DNA of 64,000 bases from contig JAHRHZ010000076.1 of the NCBI GenBank assembly GCA_024137785.1, positions 1,646,048 through 1,710,047 of the forward strand, read 5' to 3'. Every line of letters starts with the position of its first letter. Positions within the stretch are counted from its first letter, which is position 1. Made by a program: the position numbers and the translations under genes. This stretch comes from Ginglymostoma cirratum. Taxonomy: Eukaryota. Under the pieces are notes generated by a model. The model was not told the DNA's origin, ran no database searches, and worked only from the letters and a program-made list of their open reading frames with translations. Below are positions 37,473 to 50,300 of this stretch, piece by piece.

Positions 37473-40414
37473 TGATTTCCAAGACATTCACATCTGTGAA
37501 ATGGTAAGTTTTTCTAATTGGCCCACATCCAGCTTTACGTTAGGGCTAAATTTCATTCTGGGCTGGATTCCTTGCCTGCCTTTCAGAAGATGATGACACT
37601 AGGTGTCAGTTTTGAGTTGCCTCTGAGTTACCCTTTTAAGCATCAAATAGAGCTCTATTAAAGAGTTGCAGTTTTGTCGAGAGATAATGAGTTAGTTGTT
37701 CTCATTGTTTATTGCTACAGTGTTGTTTGGCATTATAGAAGATCAAAAGGATCGATTTGAAAAGTGCAGCAATCAAAAGTTTATTGGGCTCAATTAAATT
37801 ATTGCAACTTATCCTGTTTTAGCAAACCTTTAGAAGTTCTACTGTGATTACTAACTTTCCTTCATTGACTGTCAGCTTATCAACATTAAATAGGTCCTTG
37901 TCCGTATGTAAAACGCAAAGATTTAGTAATATATTGTGCTTATACACATCTGATTAATATAACAAAGCTCAAAGCATTTCTTATAAAAAGGAATTTTCAT
38001 GAACATATGGTCTCAATATTAACAGGAAAGCAAAGGGGTGGAGATGACAATCAGGGCTCTTTGTAATATTAAAAACATAAATTTTGGGAAGAGGTACAAC
38101 ATGGTATAGATTTGTTTAGTTAGTGTTCATCTTAGATCTTTTTACGTGTGACATGACTAGGCTATTGAAATTAGTTTTAAAATTCAAAGCCCTTTGATGC
38201 TCAATTTAAGAACATTGCAAATAAACCAAACTTGACTTTTTTACAGCGCTAATAATGCTTTTGGTTCAAGCATTAGGAGCACTTTTTTTTATCTGCAAGC
38301 ACAAGAACTAAGTTATGCAAGATTCCTGTTTGAAGTGAACCTTCAAAATAAAGGAACTAACAAACAAAAGAGAGACATATTGGGCACACTTCGCTACAAA
38401 AGAGCAAATTTTCTTCTTCATTGCATAGGTGGTAATCTGGTGGAGATGATCGCTTGCCTGTTATAGAATCTTCTCAAGTCTCTTTTCACTGATTGCAATC
38501 TGAAAATTGGACTATTCTGTACCAGGAAGCTGATCTGCTCACTTAGATTGCCACTCATGAGGTTAAGGTGTGAAATTTTGTTCCAATAGTTTTCTTTCTT
38601 AGCAGTATGCAAACTGCACTAGCTACCATTTTCCACAACTTCAGAAATACCATATTATCATTCAGTGATGTATTTTAAAATGACCCTGCAAACGAAAGCG
38701 ATTACCGGATCAAGAAAGCTATCAGGTTTATTCGACAAGTGCACAGGGGAAACAGCACTCTGGGAGGTTGCTTTCATGATCATAAATTTGGGCTACACAT
38801 TCCTGCACTTTACAGTCTCATAGGCTGCGCAGACTTTTCATGCATCGTAGAGTTAGAAGATATGTGCAATGTTTGCAGAGTTTCACACCACACATCACAT
38901 CTCTTGTTAGTGCATTGTAAAGCAAAATAATCCTAATCTATGTATTTGTTTCCTTTGTGCTGATGGTGTGCAGCAATGGCATCCCTTACGTTTCTGACAG
39001 TACCTCACCTACCCAGCCTGGTAGTCATCTCATCCACAGACTAAATAATCCTTTTGACTCGACAGTGTCAATGGTGTCCCTCTTCCCTTTGTGTGGCAGA
39101 GGGGTTTCCACCCGACCCTGTCTATCACTATGGTTCTTTACTAGATTATAATTGCTCCTAGCATTGGCAGTTATTTTAATCATGATGTCCCTTTGTGCAT
39201 GTTAGGGTGATTATTTTTCTTCCTAGTCTGTTTATTGCAGTTAGTCTACTTCCAATGTTAAATGATATTGCTTCTATTTGCTTGACCATTAATTTCTACA
39301 TTTGCTATCCCTCCTGCAACAGCCAGACTTGTTAGTTGTTGGGACAGCACTGAGTCACAGTGTTGATCTTTCTTAACACTCCCAGACCGATTATTGAAGC
39401 GGCAAATCAAAATCCTGATTTAAAAAGTTTATATTATTTTCATAAAGATGATCAAGAATATGTTGATAATAAATTGTTTTGTGTGCAAATGTAAATCAAA
39501 TTTATTCTGTAGGGAAAAACTCTTGTGAAGTGGAGGGTTATTCTGTGAGAGAAGGTCCCACGCATGAACTGAGCATTGGATTTGGAAAGGTGCACATTAT
39601 TTTGTAACTCCCTGAGAAAAAGGACATTGTTGTATTTTGCGATTCTTGAGAGGGGTGTCATCTAAAAGCCTGGAAGAGAATGGTTGAGGTGCTCCTAAAA
39701 TCTAAAAACCTCATTATGCAGGTGGAGACTTAATAAGGTGGGGGGTGCAAGTCTGTTTTTCAAGGGGCCACAAAAGTGATCTGTGCAAAGTCTGCCTCAC
39801 CACCCTGAAAATATATTCTTCCCCTATTTAACCCATCTTCACGCCTACAGGTTAACCAGGCAATGTGAAATTTGGACCTGCAAAGGCTCCTGTAGGACAT
39901 TCACATTCATCAGCTGTGAATAAGACCTGGCTAGTTCCCTAAGTGGTGTATGCAGCGAAAATATCTACCTACCACTGTTCAGGTTTCATTATTTGGTGAT
40001 AAGTTTTGACATATATTTCAATACTTATTGTAAAAAATTCTTCACAGCAAACTAACCTAATTTACAAAATGGACATGTTTGCTTTATGGACAGATGACAG
40101 GTAATTTTTGTACAGAAAGGTGAAGGAAACTGGTTTGGTGATATTTCTTGACTGTTGAATTTTTTTGCACTTCTTTAGGAAACAAAATGTGATGTAGCCA
40201 TAAGTGTTATACTGAGTAAATTGAACTTGCTGAAGGTAATCTAACCAAGCATACGGTGCTGAGGCTTATCGTGTAATATGAAATCTGATACGTGTAACAA
40301 TGCAATGTTCTTTTCGCTGCACTGCAATGCCAGTCGAGATTAAGTGGCCGAATACTGAACCAGACTCAATCAATAAGACGAATCAGCATATTTTTATCCA
40401 CTGATTTACTGTTA

Positions 40415-41890
40415 CAGAGTCAGAGAGTCTACAACATTTTAAATGTTGTACCTGTACTTGCATCTACCACTTCCTCTGGCAGTACATTCCACATGCGAAC
40501 TACCCTTCAAGTCCCTTTTAAATCTTTTTCCTCTCAACTTTAAAGTATGCTCCCTAGTTTTGAACTCTCCCACCATGTGGAAAACACCTTCGCTATTCAC
40601 TTTATCTATACCGCTCATGATTTTGTAAACCTCTATAAGGTCACCCCTCAACCTCCTATGCTCTAGTGAAAAGAGTCCCTGCCTATCCAGCCTATCCTTC
40701 TATCTTAAACCCTTCAGTCCTGGCAACATCTTACGACTCAGGGCCCTACTATTTACAATGGTGGCTTAGTGGTTAGCACTGCTGTTTTACAGAGCTAGGA
40801 ACCTGGATTCGATTCTAGCCTTGGCCGGCTGTCGTGTGGAGTTTGCGTATTCTCCTCATGTCCGCATGGGTTTCCTCCAGGTGCTCTGGTTTCCTCCCAC
40901 ATTCCAAAGAATAGCAGGCTAGATGGATTAGCCATGGGAAATGCAGGGTTACAAGGGATAGGGTAGTGGAGGTGGGTCTGGATGGAATGCTCTTTGGAGG
41001 GGTGGTGTGGACAAGATGAACTGAATGACCTGCTTCCACACTGTAGGAATTCTATCATTAACTGTGTAAGTCATGCCCTTATTTGTTTTACCAATATGCA
41101 ATATCTCGCTTTTAAACTCTATTTGCCACTCCTCAGACTGTTGGCTCAATTGATCAAGATCCTTTTGTAATCTTAAATAACCTTCTTCACTGTCAGCTAT
41201 AGCATCAATTTTGACTGCAAACTTACTAATAATGCCTCCTAAATTCTCATTCTAATGATTTATATAAATGACAAACAAAGGTGGACCCAGCACCGATCCT
41301 TACAGACATTACTGGTCACAGGCCTCCAGTCTGAAAAATGACCGTCCACCATCACGCTCTGTTTCTTACTGTCTAGCCAAGTTTGTATCCAGCTGGCAAG
41401 CTCTCCCTGAATCCCATGTGATCTAACTTTATTGATTAGTCTACCATGCAGATCATTGTCAAAGACTTTACTAAAATCCTTGTAGAAAATGTCTCCCTCT
41501 CTGCCCTCATCAATCTGTTTGGTTACTTCCACAAGAAATTCAATCAAGTTTGTGTATGGTTTCCCATACACAAAGCCATGCTGACTATCCCTAATCAGTC
41601 CTTGCCTCTCCAAATGTTTGTAAATCCTATCTCTCAGAAGTGATACCACTGATGTCAGATGTACAGGTCTATAGTTCTGGGACTTCTTTATGTAGCCTTC
41701 CTTAATTAAAGGCCCAACGTTAGCCTCACTGTAGTCCTCCAGCACCTCACCTGTGGCCATAGGTGATACAAATACCTCTGCTAGAGGCCCTGCAATTTCT
41801 TCTCTAACTTCCCATAACCTCCTGGGGCACACTAGATCAGGTCTTGGAGATCTATTCACCTTTATGTTTTTTAAGACCTCCAGGACTTTC
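40415..41890 (-). mobile_element. CR1-type LINE RT and 3' end, split by an HE1 SINE
   Basis: ORF 41260..41892 (NYRPVHLTSVV..SQHGF..DFSKVFD) and ORF 40439..40651 (RGDLIEVYKIM). Confidence 0.85.
40757..41057 (+). mobile_element. HE1-type V-SINE between CR1 segments
   Basis: ggtggcttagtggttagcactgc, ggattcgattc, V-domain and tail. Confidence 0.88.
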
Positions 41891-41919
41891 ACTTAGACTA
41901 ATAAGTTTATCAATCCACA

Positions 41920-42632
41920 GAGTCATACACCATGGAAACAGACCCTTCGGTCCATGCCAACAATATCCCAAACTAAACTAGTCCCACCTGCCTGCTCTTG
42001 GCCCATATCCCTTTAAACATTTCTTATTCGTGTACTTATCGAAACATCTTTTAAACATTGTAACTGTACCCACATCCACCACTTCCTCTCGACGTTCATT
42101 CCACACACGACCCACAGTCTGTGTAAAAAAAATGCTCCCTCATTTCTTTTTTAAATCTTTCTCCTCTCACCTTAAACATATGCCTCCAAGTCTTGAAATC
42201 CCCCATCCCAGGGAAAAGACACCTGCCATTCACCTTATGTATACCCTCATGATTTTATAAACCTCTATAAGGTCACCCCTAAACCTCCTATGCTCCAGTG
42301 AAAAAGACCCAGCCTATTCAGCCTCATACCACAACTCAATTCTTCCATTCCCAGTAATATCCTGGTAAATCTCTTCTCACACCTCTCCAGTTTAATAATA
42401 TCCTGCCTACAGCAGGGCAACTAGAACTGTACACTGTACTCCAGAAGATGTCTCACCAACATTCTGTACAACATCAGCATAACATCCCAACTCCTATATA
42501 TTCAAAGGTCTGAACAATGAAGACAAGTGTGCTAAAAGCCTTCTTAACCACCCTGCCTACATGTGATACAAACTTTGAAGAATTATGTACCTGAACATCC
42601 CAGGTGTCTCTGCTCTACAACACTACCCAAGT
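41920..42632 (-). mobile_element. CR1/HER1-type LINE 3' fragment
   Basis: agagtcatacaccatggaaacagacccttcggtcc tail plus RT C-terminus. Confidence 0.85.
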
Positions 42633-45569
42633 CTCTCTTCTGTAATGTGTGCAGTATAATGTTCTGAAGGCCATCTTGCTGAGCATATTTAGGTTATACG
42701 TTAATTGGACACATCCTAAAAGAAATGGATGGAATTGAGTCAGTTTGCGGTGAAGTGAATTGCTGGTTCAGAAATTAGTCCTGGGCTCTTTTAACACTAG
42801 GCCTTCAACAACATAATGCTGGTTTATTTCCTGTGTAGAACTGATGGCAATAGAACAGGAAGTGCCTGCCAGCCTGTGAAAAATCAGGTTGTCTATATTT
42901 TACAGATTAGGGATTCTGGAAAGGTATTGTGAGGGCAGTGCTGCATAGAAGCACAGGAATCCTAAAATCTTTGACTAGAGGATTGTGCTTGCTCCTCTTG
43001 GTCTAAATAAAGAAAAATGAAAAACCTACCTTCCCAACTCGCGTATCATCCTGACCCATTTCTGACTTGATTCAATCTGGTGAGAAAGCAGCTGCACTGC
43101 TCAAGGCAGTGTTAAAATTGGAGATGGGATCTATGTTGTCATCAGATCAGAACCTGCATGTATAAAGAAAAACGCTGATGACTTGGGGCAAACATTTCCA
43201 GGTAGGTCAAATAAAATTATTGTAATTTGCTGCCAGATTTTACTGGCAGAATAGGATGTAATAATTAAAAGAATTTATAGAAACACAAAGCCAGCACTGC
43301 CAAACTCAAGCATAAGATCTAATTATCCTACCTTATCAAAAATATAGATTTTAAAAATAATTTTAGATTAAGGAGATTACAACTTTGATTTACAGCTGCC
43401 AAACACAATTTATACTAATGCTGACTGTGCTCTATCATTAATCATTCTAAGGACCTGCTGCTGGGAATAATCAATGCCTGTCTGCAATCAACCAAATACA
43501 GCACATCTTCACCAATGTCTCTAAAGGACACCTAAGCCTTTAGACTGACAAGCTAGATGTAACCTTCACTGATAGAGTACTGCCTGTACGTGCCAACTAT
43601 TTTACAAATCAAATCAACTCAAATAAGAGTGCTTTATCAACAGCCGGCCTATTGTAAATTTTAATTGAAAGCCAGCACCAGCAGTGTTGGCTCAGGAATT
43701 CATTTTTATGAAAAGTAGGTCTTAAAGTATTCACAAATAACAGAGATGGACCTAATTCAGATGTTTGAAGGAATTTTGTTTTTAGGTTGCATGTAGCGGC
43801 CAATAATAATTTCTGTTTCAGGTTGAAGCTCATAATATAAATATTTTCAGAGTGAATCAAGATACGCAAAATTTGTCTGTACGTAAGGCTATGCTTTACT
43901 TGCAATTCTATTGGGAAGCAAATTAAAAATATTGGAAATAATTTCCACTCATTCATGCACAAATTAACATTGCGGAATCTACTACTAAAAATGACATTTA
44001 TAGACGAAAGAGAAAGCATAAATATTTAACATTGTCGAGTTTTAATTGCCATAGCCAAGATTTCACCTGAAATCAATTACACTGAAATTCTATAACATTA
44101 CTGATGCCTGTTTGGATTAATTACAAAAATAATTAATTGAGACTTTTTCATCAACAACGTTATCTTGACAGTGGCTACATTTTGGTAAGTGACTTTAATT
44201 GTGTCATAAAATAATAGCCCAGTGTTTAAGAAGTTTTGAGATGTTGTTAATTACAAGGTTATATATTGCTGTAATTAACCAGGACACTATCAACGTAACA
44301 GTCACTGAGGAGGTTCCAGTGAGCTGATGTATAATCATGACAAACAAGGTCAGTGACCAAAAACTAATAATTTAGCTTAGATCAAAAGATTTAACAGTTT
44401 CGAAGAGCAATAGCTTCAACCTCAGGAAGGTGTAGATTGAATTCAATGCGATACCTGACAGCACTTCCTGGTGATTATAGTATCGTCAAATCATAGAGCC
44501 ATTCAACATAGAAACAGGCCCTTCAGTCCACCATGTCTATCAGGACCAATAAACATCAAATTACAATCATCCAAGAAAGAATTATAGAGTCAGATGTGAT
44601 ATAATGCAATATAAATATCTTGTGTATTTCATGATGTTAATGTGGTCATTTTGATGATTAGTCCTTGTAGGATGTTCACAAATACATGTGATCCACTTGA
44701 CAATCATTGGGTAAAATAATGAGTATTCATATTAGCAAAAAGACCAGAGACCAATCTGATTGTGTTTTCTGCAGCAAGAAACTGTTTTTATTTCAATGGA
44801 ATGGTAACAACTGGTTTATGGTGGCATTTGTAATTCTAATTTGATTATCTACTTTTGGAATGCTTTTGTAGATCTGCCATTGAACTTGAACTTGGTATCA
44901 CAGAATACGGAGACGATGAAAGAGATGCATGACATAACGGAACAAAATTCTGTTATAGCAGAGCGTCTCTGATGATACCTGCCTTGTATGTTTCAGTAAT
45001 TGCATCTTTTGTGTTTTTGAAAATTTGCGCAGTCACAGAGCATCTGAAATCTGAATGAACAGGACAAGCAACTGATAAGGGAATTATGTAAATAACAATT
45101 CAAGGATGAGTTGTAAGTATAAATTAAAGGAAGTGAATTCAATGTCAAATCACACACAAAGACAGAAATAGAGAGAGAGAGTATGATTGGCTTTGGGGAA
45201 AGAAACAACTGTCAGAAAAGAAATTTTAAGGATTTTTGAGGACTTGATCATCCACTAAAGTCATGCGCTATCAGCCTCAGTGTTACTTTGAAAGGGAAAT
45301 CTGGGCCATCATTTCTTTATAAGTTGTTTATTATTATAACTTCTTCATTATTTCTGTCTTTTGAGGTATTTAAATCCCTGCTATAAGGTGGCAAAATCTC
45401 CACTCACTGGTCACACAAACAATCTGTTTCCCCCAAGTTTTATAAAAATAAAAATATACATTTATTTGACGTTAGTCGCACCACTACTGAAATAGGTGAA
45501 AATAACATTTTTGACTGCCAATCTTACGTTTGCCTTCATGAACTTATTGTTCTTCATAATTGACTCTAA

Positions 45570-45990
45570 TATTTTGCCAATAAGTCAAGTTGAATTAATG
45601 GGCCTATAGTTTCAGGCTGTTTCAATGGTAGTTTTAGAATCCTTTGATATAGAATCTAAAGATCCTTAGAACATTACTGCCAGTGTTTCACTTTCTCTGT
45701 GGATACTTCCTTCAAAATCATAGGATGCAAATCATCAGGACCAGGAGATTCATTGGTCTTTAAATCCTTTAGTTTCCCTAGTATTTTTTTCTCTAGTGAA
45801 TTATTATTTTTATTTCGCCTCTGCCTTTTACCCCTTGATTATTTAGTATTTTTGAAATGCTATTAGTGTATTCTACCAAAGTATTTATTCAACTCCTTTA
45901 CCTATTCTTGGTTTCCTATTACTATTTCCCAGTCTCATTCTCTCTGAAGCTTATTTTCAGTTGTCTTCTCTCTTCCTTTAATGCACTTTC
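45570..45990 (-). mobile_element. Old CR1 internal fragment
   Basis: gtcaagttga..ggcctatagttt and ggatgcaaatcatcaggaccaggaga correspond to NYRP and SPGPD motifs on the minus strand. Confidence 0.55.
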
Positions 45991-46225
45991 AGAAGGTCTC
46001 AGCTGACAGCTGTCATGACTGTCAAAATGAAAGCAGAGTTTTCAAAGCAAGTAGTTGGATGTGGATAAGTCTGAAACCTCTTCAATGAGAAGAAGTTTCT
46101 TAATAAAAAACTTTGTTCATATTTGTTGTTGCAGAACATTAACCAGCTATGTAGAAGCTTATTGCACATTTGTAATAAAGTTAATCTAACACAGTGGGGA
46201 GATACATGAATGAATGAGTGGTCTT

Positions 46226-46349
46226 AGCTGCAAATTACTGCAGATGCTGGAATCTGTACGGAAAATAACAAATGTTGGGTGTCATAGCAGGTCAGACAAC
46301 ATCGACGGACAGGGAACAAGGTAACATTTCAGGTCTAGATAACTATAGG
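46226..46349 (-). mobile_element. Short PLE-derived module
   Basis: actgcagatgctggaatctg..gcaggtcagacaacatc. 11-bp TSD TGAGTGGTCTT (46215-46225/46350-46360). Confidence 0.75.
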
Positions 46350-46479
46350 TGAGTGGTCTTGTCACTTATTAAGTCGGTTAATTTTTTTGTAATTCTATTA
46401 AACTCCATATTATTGATCATAAAAAACATGAAGTCTTAAGCTGCATCTTCCACTAACATTATTACCCGAAAATCTATTT

Positions 46480-46750
46480 ATGTGTTAGTTGAAGGATTAA
46501 TATTAGTCAAGATACTGAGAGAACACTCCTATTCTTTATGTATTGTCATGGGATCTTCTATATCTTCTTAAGGAACAGTTGTGGGCCTCAGTGAAATACC
46601 TCCTCCAAAAGAAACCACCTGAACAATGGTTTACTTCTTCCACACTTTGCAGAAGTGGCAGTTTCGATGATATGCTCAATTCTATAGAGTGGACATTAAA
46701 TCCATGGTCTTCTCACCCAGAGCTGAGAGTATGACTGCTTAAGCCATTGA
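46480..46750 (-). mobile_element. DeuSINE (SacSINE1-like) relic
   Basis: gtcatgggatcttcta core; homologous to about 13530-13780. Confidence 0.55.
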
Positions 46751-48904
46751 GGGATACTACCTAAACAGGAGAGATTCTGATTCTTCTTAAAGAGGAAAAG
46801 GATGAGCAGTCAGAATTCTTTGCTCATATTCACCACTACATTGTCAAGTGAAAACATCACAGGTAAGAGTAAGGAGGTGGAGAAAGCTGAAATGGAGAAA
46901 AAGAACCAGGAAGAAAAGCTTCAAGAAAGGTATTAGAAAGTGGCAGATTGTTGAATGGAATCTTTGTCCTCCAGACATTTATAGTGGTGATCGACGATGC
47001 TAGAAGTTTAAACTCTGGGATGATGAGGTTATTTGACTTTGATATTGCCTTTGCACAAGATTGCTGAGTGAACTTTTATATTTGATCTATAAAGATTAAC
47101 TGACTTTTGGATTTCATCCTTGATTGACTACAAATGAGTTTGAGATTGATTTGACCCACGAATGCTATTGATGAATTATTGATCTCAGCATTTGGATTTA
47201 AAATTTCAATTAAATTAAAATTCACATTGGTGTTTTACATTTTTTCCAAACACATTTTATCGTGTCTTTCCTTACATTTGTTGTTTTATGCGTGGAATAT
47301 GTTGAAGTGTTAATAGCTTGATGATTTTTTTTAAAAAATGTATTAAAATGCTTAAGAACAGGAAAGAGCTATTCAAACTATTCAGCATTTTTTACTATTC
47401 AATTGACATGAGGCATAATTTGCAACCTTGACATTAATAGATCATGAAATAAAACACAGCACTCCAAAATTTCAGTTGAGATTTAACACTTTAATTGTTA
47501 ACCAATAGCAAATTGAAATAATGGAGAGAATTTTATGCTCCCAGCACTGTCTCCCAACACTACCTTCCAACCCCCTCCAAACTGCATTGGAATAATTGAA
47601 GGTGGGGGGAGGAAGTTATGTAAAATAAGATATTTTAAAGTAAGATATGTTGGTGACCATTCCTAATCTTCTCACCAACCCCAACCTGACCCCACATTAT
47701 GGACCAGAATAAGATATCAGCCTCCTTGACTTGATTTGGACTCTGAGGGTACAGTGCCTGGGTCCTTACCAAACCATTTCTCCACAACACAGTGAAGACC
47801 CCCTGCCTCATTGGCATTTTTAATTCCATGCCCAGATTTCTTTGCAGGAAAACTCATTGATTCTACTCTCTGTCTCTTGAAACTCATTTCTCTCTTTTTT
47901 CTCTTCACTTTTCATTGTCCCGTTCTCTTTTGTTGTAATTATCTCTCTGGTCTCCTCCTTTCCAGCTTTACCGTGTCTTTTATAGCAATGGTAATTATTC
48001 TGGTAAAGGAATCCATTTATTTCGGCTTTGACCCTTCTGACTGTTCTGAATACAGATGAGACCCAACTGCTTATAAAGTCTCTGGTGAATCTTTGCTCCT
48101 CAAGAAGAACTTTTATCCTTGCTTTCTTAGCTACAAATCTCAATGGTCTTAGAGGGACTAATATCTCAAGAGTTAATTTTTCCGTGCGCATGTGTGTATG
48201 TGTGTGTGTTTGAGTGTGTTAAAACTTTTGTGATATTTAAGGGCAGACATGTTTATACCATTGTATTACTGACTATGTTTGTTCATTATTGAATCTTTAT
48301 TGGAAGCTATTGTTTTATTAAACAATAATTGTGCATATAAGAAATATAGTTGATCCATTTTTTGTTTAAAACCTGATACAGATTAAATATTTAATTGGTC
48401 ATCTTGGTAACTAGAAAACATATTTAGATTTTTATATTGTGATCCACGAAGTAGCAGGACCAGACTGATGATGCACTTCTCCAGCTTCAGTTGTAAAATT
48501 AAGATGCACTCCCTCCAAAACTCTCAATTTATGAAATTCAATTTTTAAATGACTCACAACAAAACTTTCTTTAGGATTACAATAAAAAGAATGGTTTATA
48601 CCGGCAATCAACCTGGGGTTCTGGGGTTTTGATTCAAAACACACACTCACACTAATGAGCAGGATGGGAAGAAAGAAAGAAGAAAATAAGCTACAATTAC
48701 AAATTACGAAGAAGAAATCAAAGAATTAGGTGAAATGAATCAGAATCCAGTTAATCAATGTGATTTCAAGTCAAGTAATTTCTCGCAATTGCTTAATCTG
48801 GCAGAGTTCCTTTTCGCAGGGCCTCAGATGTGGATGAATTGAATTTGAAGACACAGCATTATTATTCTTAAAGGCTGGGAAATGAATTCACTTTTCAAGT
48901 AAAA

Positions 48905-49236
48905 TCATAGAGTCCCTACAGTGTGGAAGTGTGCCATTTGGCCCATCAAGTCCACACTGACCCTCTGAACAGCATCCCACCTAGACCCAGCCCCCTACTT
49001 TATCCCCCTAACTCCGCATTCCCCATCGCTAATCCACCTAGCCTGCACACCCCTGGATATTATGAGGCAATTTAGCATGGCCAATCCACCAAAACTGCAC
49101 ATCTTTGGATTATGGGAGGAAACCTATACAGACACAGGGAGAATGTGCAAACGCCAAACAGATAGTCACCTGAGGGTGTAATCAAACCTGGGTCCTGGCG
49201 CCATGCGGTGCAGTGCTAACCATTGATCCATCGTGT
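48905..49236 (-). mobile_element. HE1-type V-SINE
   Basis: Reverse complement of an HE1 head, V-domain and tail. Confidence 0.88.
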
Positions 49237-49297
49237 TGTATAGGATTCTTTCTGGAAATCAGACTTTTGAGAGACCGGGGCACATCTTAGTTAAGTC

Positions 49298-49394
49298 AAG
49301 TTTTCCTGCTCCTATGATGCTGCTTGACCTGCTGTGTTCATCCAGCCCCATGCTTGTTATCTCGGATTCTCCAGCATCTGCAGTACCTTTTATC
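49298..49394 (+). mobile_element. Young short PLE-derived insertion
   Basis: Near-identical to about 16-116. Perfect 13-bp TSD TCTTAGTTAAGTC (49285-49297/49395-49407). Confidence 0.88.
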
Positions 49395-49777
49395 TCTTAG
49401 TTAAGTCTTGAGCTTGTTGGCTATTTTCTCTTCTAGCATTAAAAGCTGATTAACCAAAGCAGGCAAAGTTGTTCAAAATCTAGCAATTTCTATCACATGG
49501 CTGGGAATTCAAATTCAGACACACAACTAATGAGTTGAAATTGATATCCGTTAATCCAAAGCATTAAATTTTGTCAGAGATAACTGTGGAGTCGTTAGCA
49601 GCATCTCAGACATAATGTGTCTCATTGGTTTCCTTTGTTCCAAATTGACTGAGTGTAGACAATTCGTCTTTGGTTTTTGTGTGTTTGTTTAACATGCCCA
49701 TGTTTCTAGAAAGATTAGCAGGAGCATATAGCATAGCATAAAAGCATTTGAATGTTTCATAAGTAAGTAAGAAAGAA

Positions 49778-49988
49778 TAACACAGTGTGGAGCTGGAGGA
49801 ACACAGCAGGCCAGGCAACATTAGAGGAGCAGGAAAGTGACGTTTCAGGTCAGGACCCCTTTTCTGAAGAAGGGTCGTGATCTGAAACGTCAGCCTTCCT
49901 GCTCCGCTAATGCTGCCTGGCCTGCTGTGTTCATCCAGCTCCACACTGTGTTATCCCTGACTCCAGCATCGGCAGTTCTTACTATCTC
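49778..49988. mobile_element. Palindromic (head-to-head) PLE-derived hammerhead module
   Basis: 49778-49858 is an imperfect reverse complement of about 49870-49954. Plus-strand core CTGAAGA..GAAACGTC. TSD TAAGAAAGAA (49768-49777/49989-49998). Confidence 0.85.
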
Positions 49989-50169
49989 TAAGAAAGAAAG
50001 AATAGTCAGGTAAACATTCAGCAACTGGAATGTTTCAAGCAAGAAGCAAGATTATTATGTTTGCAAGGTAAGACTTTGTAAACAAAAATGTTTTCAAGTA
50101 CAAAGTACTTAAGAGGGCCAGAAAAAGGCACTTACCTGATAAGCACACCTGATTGTCAGAACAAGATGT

Positions 50170-50300
50170 GATTATTTATTTATTGTCATGAGTATTTGTT
50201 ACAAAATACAGTGAAAAGTGTTGTATGGTGTTGCCACTCCCTGGCACCATCTTAAAACACAGAAAAATAAAGCAGAAGCCCTAAAGCTCCGCCATCTTAC
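50170..50300 (-). mobile_element. Short element with a Rex/Babar-like 3' tail
   Basis: tttatttattgtca...tacagtgaaaagt resembles 6095-6135 and the reverse complement of 53925-53980. Confidence 0.5.

Noticed and set aside
47630-48900. Possible LTR-like segments and Lys/Glu-rich ORF 47820..48191
   Set aside because: No definable termini or TSD, and the ORF reflects a CT-rich tract on the other strand.
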